Virus record (IMG/VR): IMGVR_UViG_3300011193_000001
Source of the DNA: a virus
Length of the DNA stretch: 64,000 nucleotides
Strand: one strand, 5' to 3'
Made by a program: the position numbers and the translations under genes. The notes below the pieces were generated by a model, which was not told the DNA's origin, did not search any database, and saw only the letters and a program-made list of their open reading frames with translations. This document shows, one piece after another, positions 1-8,326 of the stretch (its first letter is position 1; each line of letters begins with the position of its first letter).

Positions 1-183
1 GCCCTCCTGATCTCCCTCGAACTCGCGACGCACACCCGACCCGTTCAGATCATCCTCGATCGCCGCGGTGATGTCCGCTTGATCCGCGCGCGCCTCACGC
101 CAAGACGGACGGTCACGCTCGGCGCCCAACGCCTGCTCGCGCGCGGTACTGGCCTCGTCGCCTGAGCAGTGAACGAGGGTCAT
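1..183 (-). CDS. hypothetical protein (C-terminal part runs off window)
   Basis: ATG at 183 overlaps upstream stop (ATGA); frame open to window edge; G/C-rich third positions. Confidence 0.4.
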   Translation of the reverse strand, partial: MTLVHCSGDEASTAREQALGAERDRPSWREARADQADITAAIEDDLNGSGVRREFEGDQEG

Positions 184-551
184 GGCCGCGCCTCATCCGC
201 GCGGCCGTTGAACTCCGCCAGGTGCTCAAGTGCGTTTGCGTTATCGCGGTCGATCTGCGCCACCTGCGCGGCGTCGTTCATCCGGCGCAACTCGTCAATC
301 ATCGCCCGCTTCTCCGCTTCGAGCTTGTCCAAGTCAATCTCGAAGTACGCCGCGAGGACCGCTTGGATTGACCTACCGACCGGGGCCAACCGCGGCTCAG
401 TTTCGTACGTTAGGCCAGGCCGCCCACACAGCGACGGCTCGATGAACGTCCGCATCTCGCAGAGCATGTAGCCGCTGAAGTCGAGGAACTCTCCGATCGC
501 CTGCGCCGCGTCCTTGACCGCGGCTTGCTTCTCGTGCTCGGGGTAGCTCAT
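180..551 (-). CDS. hypothetical protein, 123 aa
   Basis: ORF track; ATGA coupling at both ends; ends ..ARP*. Confidence 0.6.
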   Translation of the reverse strand: MSYPEHEKQAAVKDAAQAIGEFLDFSGYMLCEMRTFIEPSLCGRPGLTYETEPRLAPVGRSIQAVLAAYFEIDLDKLEAEKRAMIDELRRMNDAAQVAQIDRDNANALEHLAEFNGRADEARP

Positions 552-1045
552 GGCCGTAGTCCCGCGGCCGACAGCAGGTCACGGACCGCGTCCTGCTCAA
601 GCGCGTCAGCTATCTCCTGCTCGTAGGCGTAGCGCAGCGGCACGTCATCCGGGCCGCCGCCTGCAGGGATGGCAGCGGGATCAGTCGGGATGTACCACCA
701 CGGGCCGCGCAGATCGCCTTGCGGCACCGCGCTCAGGCAGACGCATGCCTCGATCTCGGAGTCCCCGTGGCAACTGTCGCTGACGGTCGTGCAAGCCGGG
801 ATCGCGCCGCGGCCATCGCAGACAGAGCACGCGGGCGTGTGCATCGATGTGCCGTCCCAACCCGACCCGTCGCCCTGCGGCTGACCATGACCATGGCAGT
901 GCGGGCAGACGCGCCAGTCGAGAACTTCCGTCCATCCGCATGCGAGTAGAGCGTCCGTGCCGCGCAACGGCAGCACCTTCACCGCGCCATGCTCCACGGA
1001 CAGGGCTTCGATGATCTTGTCCTGCTCGGAAGTGGTCAGACTCAC
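548..1045 (-). CDS. DnaJ-type zinc-finger protein (CxxCxGxG x2)
   Basis: GTG at 1045 overlaps stop of 1042..1332 (GTGA); motifs CPHCHGHG and CSVCDGRG; upstream part of the 264-aa ORF is Arg-rich filler. Confidence 0.6.
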   Translation of the reverse strand: MSLTTSEQDKIIEALSVEHGAVKVLPLRGTDALLACGWTEVLDWRVCPHCHGHGQPQGDGSGWDGTSMHTPACSVCDGRGAIPACTTVSDSCHGDSEIEACVCLSAVPQGDLRGPWWYIPTDPAAIPAGGGPDDVPLRYAYEQEIADALEQDAVRDLLSAAGLRP

Positions 1046-1332
1046 TTGACCCACCGCAAATAGGGCGCGTCGTCCCGCTCGCGATTTCCGCGCACGAAGA
1101 CTGCGCCCGGGTCGCTCATGGCCGCTGCGATGTCCGCGGCGTTGCCGCTCACGCTCATGTGGTTCTTCGCGTGGTAGCGAGTTACGCCTCCGAAGCGGCA
1201 CGCATCCGCTACCGACGTGGCTGCAACGACGGCGCGCACCTGATCGCACCGCTTGCCGCTGCGCTGCTCGATCTCGGCGCGCACCGGTCCATAGATCGCG
1301 TCCGTCCATCCGTACACCTTGAGCTTGCTCAT
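1042..1332 (-). CDS. hypothetical protein, 96 aa
   Basis: ORF track; coupled to neighbours. Confidence 0.6.
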   Translation of the reverse strand: MSKLKVYGWTDAIYGPVRAEIEQRSGKRCDQVRAVVAATSVADACRFGGVTRYHAKNHMSVSGNAADIAAAMSDPGAVFVRGNRERDDAPYLRWVK

Positions 1333-1409
1333 CGCCGTGCACCTGCCTTCAGCGGCTCGCAGCGCTTCAACGCCGCGGCCTGCGCGGGAGTCAACTGGAC
1401 AGCAGTCAT
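1329..1409 (-). CDS. small ORF, 26 aa
   Basis: ATGA overlaps at both ends (1406-1409 and 1329-1332); below ORF-track cutoff. Confidence 0.3.
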   Translation of the reverse strand: MTAVQLTPAQAAALKRCEPLKAGARR

Positions 1410-1624
1410 GGCCGCGGCTCCAGGTCGCGCTCAGCCTTCCAAATGACCGGGTACGGCGCCGGGCCGAGCCGCAAGATGCTGACGAGCCGCATCGCGGGAT
1501 CGTGCGTCGGGCGCGCGGCCATCTTAGTCGCGAACGTCAGCGCCGCCGGCTCGCTCGCGAAGTCCGCAAAGGCGGACCATCCGTACGTCACGCGGAAGCC
1601 TGCGGGGCTATCGGTGGCGGGCAT
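1406..1624 (-). CDS. hypothetical protein, 72 aa
   Basis: ORF track; ends ..PRP* at conserved junction motif. Confidence 0.5.
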   Translation of the reverse strand: MPATDSPAGFRVTYGWSAFADFASEPAALTFATKMAARPTHDPAMRLVSILRLGPAPYPVIWKAERDLEPRP

Positions 1625-1886
1625 CTAGACCGCCGCCGACCTCTGGACGGAGCGCGCTCGCGAGGGATGCGAGAACGCCTTGGACATCGCGTCGGTTCGC
1701 GCGTCCTTCGTTGCTGACGCGGCCGAGTCGCTCTCCCTGTTCGCGGGCCATCTCGCCAACCAACTCCACGATGAGATCGTGGTCCTCCGTGCAGGCGTCC
1801 TTGCGGTAGACATCGACGGACGGCGCCTGCGGCGAGTCGGCGGGATCGCCCGTGATGATGAAGTAGAACTTTGCCGTGGCGGGCAT
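1608..1886 (-). CDS. hypothetical protein, 92 aa
   Basis: ORF track; plausible composition. Confidence 0.5.
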   Translation of the reverse strand: MPATAKFYFIITGDPADSPQAPSVDVYRKDACTEDHDLIVELVGEMAREQGERLGRVSNEGRANRRDVQGVLASLASALRPEVGGGLDARHR

Positions 1887-1943
1887 TGCGGGGTCCTCTC
1901 AGTCGATTGCGGCTACGCGGCGAAACCTAGCAGAACGGCGAGG

Positions 1944-2135
1944 CTAGTTCAACCACGCGCCATGCGGCTCATCCGCCGCAAGCCGCGACCGCAGCCCCGA
2001 CCAGCCCGCAAGGATCCGGCGCACACCCTCAGCCGCCGCCAAATCCCCGGCAGCCGCGCGACGCATCATTGCCGCGTGCGCGGCAACCTCCATCCGGATC
2101 ACCACCCGTGCCGGAGTCGCGGTCGACGGCTTCAC
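1944..2135 (-). CDS. hypothetical protein, 63 aa
   Basis: GTG at 2135 overlaps stop at 2132 (GTGA) and is preceded by GGAGG. Confidence 0.45.
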   Translation of the reverse strand: MKPSTATPARVVIRMEVAAHAAMMRRAAAGDLAAAEGVRRILAGWSGLRSRLAADEPHGAWLN

Positions 2136-2509
2136 GCCGCCTCCGGATCGAATGTCGGCAGCGCCGCCCACAACTCCAGCGCATCTATCGCCGCGGTCTC
2201 CTGCCGCGCCACCCTCGCCGCCGCCGCGCAGCCACGGCAGAACAGCAGCGGCTCCGGCAGCGACGCGTGCCCCGTTCCCGCCACATCATCCAAGCCGGCA
2301 CCGAACACCGGGGCTACCTCGCCGCCGCGCGGATCGCCGCCACAAACGCAGCACTCCGCATGCTGCGCGGCAATGGAGTCCGTGACACGACCGGACGCCC
2401 AGCACGGCCAGCACTTGCCGTCCTGATAGACGGGCCGCGCAGGCTTGCCGGGGTTGCACTCCGGGCCGTTGATGCAGCCACAGCCGATGATCCTGACGCT
2501 CATGCCCAT
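2132..2509 (-). CDS. Cys-rich hypothetical protein, 125 aa
   Basis: ORF track; many CxxC-type pairs. Confidence 0.5.
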   Translation of the reverse strand: MGMSVRIIGCGCINGPECNPGKPARPVYQDGKCWPCWASGRVTDSIAAQHAECCVCGGDPRGGEVAPVFGAGLDDVAGTGHASLPEPLLFCRGCAAAARVARQETAAIDALELWAALPTFDPEAA

Positions 2510-3765
2510 TGTCCCGTCTGGATGTGGCGCATCACGGCGAGCCCGACGAGATGGGCGACGGTGACGTGAACGCCGTCGCCGAGTGCGGACAATCGCTGTC
2601 GGTCCAGCCGCGCCCGCATTCGCTGCACCGTGGCTCCCCCATCATCCAGCCGACGAACGAGGGCTTCAGGCGCAGGCCCGTGGATGGCTTCCCATCGTTG
2701 GATTGCGGGTCTGTAGTCGCCCCAGTCGACTGCGACCCCCCCGGCTGATGCTGGATGGCCGTCGCCAATGTCACGGCCCGCTTCGCCCCACTTGGGCGCG
2801 TCCCGCCCTTCTCTCGACTCACGCGGCCGCCCGTTGCGTCGCTCGCCTCCGGAGTCGGGAGCATCCGCACGAGCGCGTTCAGCGGCGGCGAGTTGCGGTT
2901 TTCCTGCGACGCTCCCGCCACGTTCGAGCCATCCTGCCTCGTCGGGGTTGGGAGCAGGTTCAACATCGCTACCTGATCCTCCAGGCGTCCCCGCGCGTCG
3001 CCGTTGGCCACGTTCTCCGCATGTCGAATCAGGTGCTGCATCCCATCCGCCGCTCGCGGTGTGCCGAGCAACGGCGAACACCCGGTCACGGAGGTGCGGG
3101 GCGCCGACGGCCGCAGCGGGAACACAGTCCCATCGGATGTCACCAAACCCGAGCGCGGCCAAGTCCCCCACCACAGATCCCCAGAGGGAGCCAGGAGGCT
3201 CCATTGAGCCCGCAGCCATGCCCAGTATGTTCGCGACGTTTTCGATGAGTACGTAGCGGGGTCGAACTTCGCGAATGACCCTTCGCATCTCGTGCCACAG
3301 AACAGTTTCGGCGTGGTCGAAGCCGTTGCGTTTGCCGGCGGTGCTGGCGCCTTTGCAGGGGAAGCCGCCGGCGACGAGGTCGACCCCGCAAGCGCGAAAA
3401 TCTCGTTGGCGAACTGCGCACCGTGATCCACTGGCCTCGGCGTATGCGTCCGCTCGTGAGCCGTTGGCGTCGGAAGCAGCTTCACGAGCCCGTCCAGCGA
3501 GGGGCGCACCGCCGCTCCCGGCGACGGGCTCTGATTGTTCCCGTAAGGCGTAGCCGAAGGCGTCGGCAGCAAACGGACCTCGGACGGTTCGCACGTCGTC
3601 ATAGACAGGGACGCCTGGGAACCGGGCTCGCAGGAGCTCGCGGCGCTCGGGCACGGACTCGCACAACCAGGCGTGCTCGAACCCGGCGAGACTGAGGCCG
3701 CAGTCGAGCAGTCCGGCTCCGCTGAAGAGGGATCCGACCGTGGGCACATCAGCCACGCGACCCAA
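2500..3765 (-). CDS. DNA (cytosine-5)-methyltransferase, frame carrying the catalytic motifs (integrity doubtful)
   Basis: FSGAG (motif I), GFPCKG (IV), ENV (VI), APHLRDRVF (VIII), LSALGDGV (X) in order; regions between motifs are low-complexity. Confidence 0.7.
   Translation of the reverse strand: MGRVADVPTVGSLFSGAGLLDCGLSLAGFEHAWLCESVPERRELLRARFPGVPVYDDVRTVRGPFAADAFGYALREQSEPVAGSGGAPLAGRAREAASDANGSRADAYAEASGSRCAVRQRDFRACGVDLVAGGFPCKGASTAGKRNGFDHAETVLWHEMRRVIREVRPRYVLIENVANILGMAAGSMEPPGSLWGSVVGDLAALGFGDIRWDCVPAAAVGAPHLRDRVFAVARHTASGGWDAAPDSTCGERGQRRRAGTPGGSGSDVEPAPNPDEAGWLERGGSVAGKPQLAAAERARADAPDSGGERRNGRPRESREGRDAPKWGEAGRDIGDGHPASAGGVAVDWGDYRPAIQRWEAIHGPAPEALVRRLDDGGATVQRMRARLDRQRLSALGDGVHVTVAHLVGLAVMRHIQTGQWA
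2532..3749 (-). other. 405-aa +1-frame ORF over the methyltransferase gene, carrying LLPTP-type repeats typical of phage C5-MTase variable regions
   Basis: LLPTPSATPYGNNQ, LLPTPTAHE, LLPTPTRQDGSN, MLPTPEASDATGG, LKPSFVGWMMG..GWTD; higher hand-counted GC3 than frame A in these segments. Confidence 0.4.
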
Positions 3766-4039
3766 GGTCTAGCGTGAGTTGCGGTGCGTCTGGCCGCGGG
3801 CCGCCCTGCAACCGCTCACGGGCCGCGTCAAGCCTCCCGGCCGCCTCAACCTGCCCAGCGGTCGCCGGGGGCCGCTCGGGGCGCAGGAGAGCCGCGTGAC
3901 GGTCCTTCAGGGCTTCGGCCGCTGAGGCGATGCCGTTCGCCGCAGCGTGTTTGCCGCGGCGGTGAGCACCAATGCCGAGCACACGATCACCGAACTCGGC
4001 GTCGCGGTCCTCTTCGTGCCTCCAAGCAGGAACGGTCAC
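3749..4039 (-). CDS. hypothetical protein, 96 aa
   Basis: ORF track. Confidence 0.45.
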   Translation of the reverse strand: MTVPAWRHEEDRDAEFGDRVLGIGAHRRGKHAAANGIASAAEALKDRHAALLRPERPPATAGQVEAAGRLDAARERLQGGPRPDAPQLTLDLGSRG

Positions 4040-4166
4040 GACAGGACGCCGATGCTCACGTACACTTCGCTGGAACCGTCTTGGCTTCGGCTACGCCCTG
4101 ACTTGACGGCAGGCGGTCGGCCGCAGCCCCCGGACCCCGGTGTGTGCGCGGCCGGCCGTCGCTCCA

Positions 4167-4343
4167 TCATCGCCTGCCCTGCCGCATGTCGATGACGGCT
4201 CGCCACGCGCGATCACGCTTGATGATCGCCGCGGCCAGCCGCACACGCTGCCGCGGCGTCGGGTAGACCACGGCCCGTAGCCTCACTACCTCCGCACTGA
4301 GTTCATCGGCGCGGCGCTCCGCTGGCGTCCGGTCGAAGATCAT
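4167..4343 (-). CDS. hypothetical protein, 58 aa
   Basis: ATG at 4343 overlaps stop of small upstream ORF (ATGA); longer start at 4382 possible. Confidence 0.45.
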   Translation of the reverse strand: MIFDRTPAERRADELSAEVVRLRAVVYPTPRQRVRLAAAIIKRDRAWRAVIDMRQGRR

Positions 4344-4462
4344 GGCTGCGCTCGAATGGCCCGCGCGATCGATCGTGAGCACATCCAGATCAGGACATAG
4401 CCGCCGTCCCAGCCAAGCCGCCAGTCCACACCCTCATCGATGCACGGGAACGGTGGACTCAT
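4340..4462 (-). CDS. small ORF, 40 aa
   Basis: ATGA overlaps at both ends; below track cutoff. Confidence 0.3.
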   Translation of the reverse strand: MSPPFPCIDEGVDWRLGWDGGYVLIWMCSRSIARAIRAQP

Positions 4463-4701
4463 GCTGCCGGGCCGCCTTCGACATCATGGGTGGCGGCATT
4501 CATCTGCACGTAGGCCAGCCGCGCAACCTCTGCTAGCGCCGCCGCTGCCTCGTCGCTCAGCGGCACGCTCCCACTGACACTGAACGTCAGGCCGTAGCCT
4601 GCGTCTACATGCGTGCGGACTCGGCGGCCCGTGCCGTCGCACTCCGAGCAACCGCGGCCCTCACAGATCGAGCAGTCAGAAGATGAACCGTGGCGCCTCA
4701 C
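4459..4701 (-). CDS. DnaJ-type zinc-finger mini-protein
   Basis: CSICEGRGCSECDGTG (two CxxCxGxG units); GTGA overlap at 4698-4701. Confidence 0.55.
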   Translation of the reverse strand: MRRHGSSSDCSICEGRGCSECDGTGRRVRTHVDAGYGLTFSVSGSVPLSDEAAAALAEVARLAYVQMNAATHDVEGGPAA

Positions 4702-4832
4702 GGCCGCGCCTCGCCGTCGCGCGGCTCGTACACCGTCTGCCGGTCACCCTCGGCGGCCACCCGGCACAACGCGAACACGAGCAGCATGACCGCCGCATAC
4801 GCCACGACGATGAGGGCCGCGACGAAGATCAT
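4698..4832 (-). CDS. small membrane protein, 44 aa
   Basis: MIFVAALIVVAYAAVMLLVFAL hydrophobic segment; ATGA/GTGA coupling at both ends. Confidence 0.4.
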   Translation of the reverse strand: MIFVAALIVVAYAAVMLLVFALCRVAAEGDRQTVYEPRDGEARP

Positions 4833-5107
4833 GGCGCCTCGATCTGCTCAAGACCATCGCCGCACACGGGGCACCAGTCGCCCGGTGCGATCATGCCGCC
4901 ACCGTTGCACCGCGAACAGAGCTTGAGTCCTTCGGCCGCGCGAACCACGTCAGCTGCGGTCGCCCAGCAGATCGTGCAGCCGTCGCCCTCATCCCACTCC
5001 GCGCAGAAGTGCGGACGGTAGCCACCATCGATCGCCGCGCCGAGCGCCTCCGCCGCGCGGGTCATCGCGGCCGTGTCGAGCGTCAAGCTCTCGTCCGTTT
5101 CGGTCAT
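4829..5107 (-). CDS. Cys-rich (zinc-ribbon-like) protein, 92 aa
   Basis: ATG at 5107 overlaps stop at 5104; CTIC..CSRC..CPVC. Confidence 0.5.
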   Translation of the reverse strand: MTETDESLTLDTAAMTRAAEALGAAIDGGYRPHFCAEWDEGDGCTICWATAADVVRAAEGLKLCSRCNGGGMIAPGDWCPVCGDGLEQIEAP

Positions 5108-5475
5108 GCGCGCCGCCACCATCCGCCGCGGCACACCGCGTACCCGCACGCCTCAAGGCCGCGCAGGATCTCCACGCACTCGCGACGCTCCGCTGCGGTC
5201 GCGCGCAGCACCGGCCTCAGCGACCTCGGCATGCTGGCCGCGTCAACCCATCCCGGCGAGTGGGTGATCTCACGATCCCAGCAGCCACGGCACACCTTGC
5301 GCTGCGTGCCGCTGCCGCGCGGCACTTCGCGGCCACAGGCATCGCAGTGCCAGTACCGCGCTCCGAACGCAGCGTGTGCGACATCTGCCGCGCGCATCCC
5401 ACGCTCATCGGCCGCGGGCAGGCAAGAGAGAACGCGGCTATCCAACGCTGTCAGCCGCGGGGCAAGGATGCTCAC
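5104..5475 (-). CDS. hypothetical protein, 123 aa
   Basis: GTG at 5475 overlaps stop at 5472 (GTGA); HCDACG..CRGC. Confidence 0.5.
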   Translation of the reverse strand: MSILAPRLTALDSRVLSCLPAADERGMRAADVAHAAFGARYWHCDACGREVPRGSGTQRKVCRGCWDREITHSPGWVDAASMPRSLRPVLRATAAERRECVEILRGLEACGYAVCRGGWWRRA

Positions 5476-5819
5476 GACGGCAGCGCTTCCAGCTCGATGC
5501 GCCAGACAAGTTCGCTCTCGCTGTAGCGGCCGTTGATCGCTCGCCATGCCTCCATAAACCCCGTCCACGTCGCGAACCCCTCGCGCTGCGCCTCGCCATC
5601 CTCACGCACGCCAATCAGGCGGTCCAAGCGCACATCGATGATCCGAGCGCGACCGATCGCGTGCTTGCCGCGGCCGGGGCAGATCGCCACGTCCTGCCCG
5701 ACGCGGTAGGCGCAGCGATCACGCCACCAGGGCGAGCGCGGGTTGTCGGACACCTTGCGCCGCGTGACGGTCTTGCGCCGCGCCATGACAGCCTCGGCCA
5801 GTTCGGGCTTGAAGTTCAT
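5472..5819 (-). CDS. ASCH-domain protein
   Basis: MNFKPELAEAVMARRKTVTRR start and overall pattern recall the ASC-1 homology fold; ATGA overlap at 5816-5819. Confidence 0.6.
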   Translation of the reverse strand: MNFKPELAEAVMARRKTVTRRKVSDNPRSPWWRDRCAYRVGQDVAICPGRGKHAIGRARIIDVRLDRLIGVREDGEAQREGFATWTGFMEAWRAINGRYSESELVWRIELEALPS

Positions 5820-6163
5820 CGCCGCACGCTCCCGACAAGAATCGCGTAGCCCGCACACAGCCGCTTCGGCTCGCCGTCTGGTCCCTTGTGGCAGTAGAAC
5901 GGCACGCCCTCGACGAGCGCCTTGACGGCATCCATGAGGGTTTCCGGGCAGCCGTTGGGATCGGTTCCGGCCCGGAACGCGCAGTCGCCGCAACGATGCT
6001 GATGACGCGGAAACCGCTCGCGCAGCCGCGCCTCTTCGACATCTGCCAGCCGCGCAAGCTCGGCGCCGAGCAGGCGGCCCTCGTGGGTCGGAAGGTTGGG
6101 GACAGCGTCGGCATCATCGTCGGCGGGGGTGCTGAAGTCCCACGGGACGCGGACAGCGGTCAT
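5816..6163 (-). CDS. hypothetical Cys-rich protein, 115 aa
   Basis: ATG at 6163 overlaps stop at 6160. Confidence 0.5.
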   Translation of the reverse strand: MTAVRVPWDFSTPADDDADAVPNLPTHEGRLLGAELARLADVEEARLRERFPRHQHRCGDCAFRAGTDPNGCPETLMDAVKALVEGVPFYCHKGPDGEPKRLCAGYAILVGSVRR

Positions 6164-7083
6164 GGCCGCGCCACCGGGACACGCGGCACCGGGAACTCTG
6201 ACCACTCGCGGCCATCGATCTCACGGCCCCCGGCCTTCGGCGTCCGGCCACCCCACTGCTTCCAAAAGAATGGCACCCCGGCTGCCGCGCACGCGTCGCG
6301 CAAGCTACGCGCCCACTGCTCACGATCGGCGCGCGGTGCGCCCGCCTGGTCGACGAGGAACCGGTGCGGATGCGTGCTCAAGTGCTGCCCCGACTCGCCG
6401 CCGCCGATCACCCAGCCGATGCCGTCAAGGTCGACGGCCGCGCCGACATCGCCGAGCAGCGGCTCGCAGGAGAGGAACCGCACATACGCCGGGCATGCCT
6501 TCAGGTCATCGAGCCGGCGGCCCGCCCACGTCGCATTCTCGACGGTGCAGCCAAGTTGCACGTTCGGCAGCGGCCAGTTGAAGTCGCCGCACCCCGGCCA
6601 GCCCTTCTCGCGGGCGTCGTCGACCATCGCCACGAACTCGATCTCGCGGTCGCAGAGCAGGTTCGCCATCCGCTCCGGCCGCTTGCTGAGCACCTGATAG
6701 GTGTGCTGCGGCGTCTGCGCCATCGTCGCGAACACGCTGGCAATGAACCCGTCCGGCACCCGCTCGTGAAAGAGATCGCCCATCGACGTTACGAAGATCC
6801 GCCGGCCACGCTTCAGCCGCACCGGCCAGTCGAGCAGGTGCTCGTGGCAGACGACCTCGAACCCGACGCCGCTGGACGGCCGGTCGCTGTCGGTCTGGTA
6901 CTTCAGGACCGGCGCCGGCTTGCCCTCGGCCGCGAGCTTCGCCGCGCGCGCAAGCTCCATCTTCTGTAGGCGCGGCGCGAACTCACGCGCATAGCAATGC
7001 GCGCACGCGGGTGAGACAACGTCGCAGCCGGTGACTACGGTCCATGTTGCGTCCGTCCAGCCGATCGCGCTCTGATCGGCCAT
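6160..7083 (-). CDS. phage Gp37/Gp68-family protein (DUF5131)
   Basis: N-terminus IGWTDATWTVVTGCDVVSPACAHCYA matches family signature; 307 aa. Confidence 0.8.
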   Translation of the reverse strand: MADQSAIGWTDATWTVVTGCDVVSPACAHCYAREFAPRLQKMELARAAKLAAEGKPAPVLKYQTDSDRPSSGVGFEVVCHEHLLDWPVRLKRGRRIFVTSMGDLFHERVPDGFIASVFATMAQTPQHTYQVLSKRPERMANLLCDREIEFVAMVDDAREKGWPGCGDFNWPLPNVQLGCTVENATWAGRRLDDLKACPAYVRFLSCEPLLGDVGAAVDLDGIGWVIGGGESGQHLSTHPHRFLVDQAGAPRADREQWARSLRDACAAAGVPFFWKQWGGRTPKAGGREIDGREWSEFPVPRVPVARP

Positions 7084-7296
7084 CTATGCCGCCGCCCCGG
7101 CATCGCCCTCGGCGTCCGAGCGCGCCTTGTCGATCGCCTCGGCGGTCAACACCATGCCGCGAGCGAGATCCCGTCCGGCGGGCGATGCTGCCTGCCCGAT
7201 GCCCGTCAACTGCGCGAAGACAGCGCGCGACGCATTGAACATCGCCTCGGCCTCAGCGATCGGGTACGCGACGGGAACGAAGATCGGCTTAGGCAT
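7084..7296 (-). CDS. hypothetical protein, 70 aa
   Basis: ORF track. Confidence 0.5.
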   Translation of the reverse strand: MPKPIFVPVAYPIAEAEAMFNASRAVFAQLTGIGQAASPAGRDLARGMVLTAEAIDKARSDAEGDAGAAA

Positions 7297-7498
7297 CGGT
7301 CATCGCCGCCCCGGCATGCTCGGGGCAACGCAACTCGCGAGCGAACACGTCGATGCCCGTGCCCATCCAGCCCGTGCCCGCCGCAAGCCCCTGCGCGCTG
7401 AGCGCAAGCCCCCCCGTAACCGTGTTGACGGGCCTCGTCGCAATCTCCAGCCGCGCGTCGCAGCCCGGCTCGTCGCAGGACAACACGAGCGTCAACAT
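7289..7498 (-). CDS. hypothetical protein, 69 aa
   Basis: ORF track. Confidence 0.5.
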   Translation of the reverse strand: MLTLVLSCDEPGCDARLEIATRPVNTVTGGLALSAQGLAAGTGWMGTGIDVFARELRCPEHAGAAMTDA

Positions 7499-7908
7499 GG
7501 CCGCGCACCCTCGGCAGCGCGCAAGCGGTTCGCCTCAGCCAAGCACGTCCAGCAGTATGAGCCGCCGATGTCGCTCGTCGGATAGTCCACGAGCGCGACC
7601 ACGCGACGGTCTGTCCATGCCTGCTCGCAGAGCAGCACGCCATCCTTCGCTGCATGGATCGCGTCATCGGGCAGCACATCCTCGACGAGCCGGTGACCGG
7701 GGATCGTGCGCGACCGTGGCGATCGCAGCGTCACCGTCGAAGGCCGCGCGGTCAGATGCACCGGCCCGTACTCCGTCACGAGCTGCACCTTGCACGCGGC
7801 CATGTTCACCGCGACGACACGCCTACGCTGCCGCTCGCCTTTCGCGACATCGCCGCTGTGCGTGCTGGCGTACACCTGACCGACCACGATGCTCATGGCC
7901 GTCAACAT
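7492..7908 (-). CDS. hypothetical protein, 138 aa
   Basis: ATG at 7908 just inside the end of the upstream gene (stop 7902); upstream part of the 176-aa ORF overlaps that gene. Confidence 0.5.
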   Translation of the reverse strand: MLTAMSIVVGQVYASTHSGDVAKGERQRRRVVAVNMAACKVQLVTEYGPVHLTARPSTVTLRSPRSRTIPGHRLVEDVLPDDAIHAAKDGVLLCEQAWTDRRVVALVDYPTSDIGGSYCWTCLAEANRLRAAEGARPC

Positions 7909-8060
7909 GTGGTTCCGTTGACCGTGAACGTCTGCGACATGCCGCACTGCGGGCACGTATGGCGATACGCGCCGGGCTGCAACACGATCATGCTCGGCGG
8001 GTTGTGCGACGACGAAGGGCACGGCCGCGGTAGTTCAGCGATCCTCTCGATGGTGGTCAT
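7902..8060 (-). CDS. small zinc-ribbon protein, 52 aa
   Basis: ATG at 8060 overlaps stop at 8057; CPQCG. Confidence 0.4.
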   Translation of the reverse strand: MTTIERIAELPRPCPSSSHNPPSMIVLQPGAYRHTCPQCGMSQTFTVNGTTC

Positions 8061-8275
8061 GGCCGCGCCCGGCCCTTGATCGTCAGGATGTGCGTCCCGT
8101 TGGCGAACGACTGGACGTGCGCGACGTGGCAACTGCCGTCCGTCGTACACACGTAGTCGTTCACGATCACGACGCTGTCCTGCTCCCCGCTCGCGAGGTC
8201 GCATGCCGTGACCTTCGTGCCGGGATGACTCGCCTCGATGAGGTCCATGCCGCGTCCCTTCGATCGCTTCGCCAT
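8057..8275 (-). CDS. hypothetical protein, 72 aa
   Basis: ATG at 8275 preceded by GGAGGG (8281-8286). Confidence 0.5.
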   Translation of the reverse strand: MAKRSKGRGMDLIEASHPGTKVTACDLASGEQDSVVIVNDYVCTTDGSCHVAHVQSFANGTHILTIKGRARP

Positions 8276-8326
8276 GACTGCCCTCCAGGATTGGCTACGT
8301 GCCGCCAAACCTAGCAGACCTCGCGG

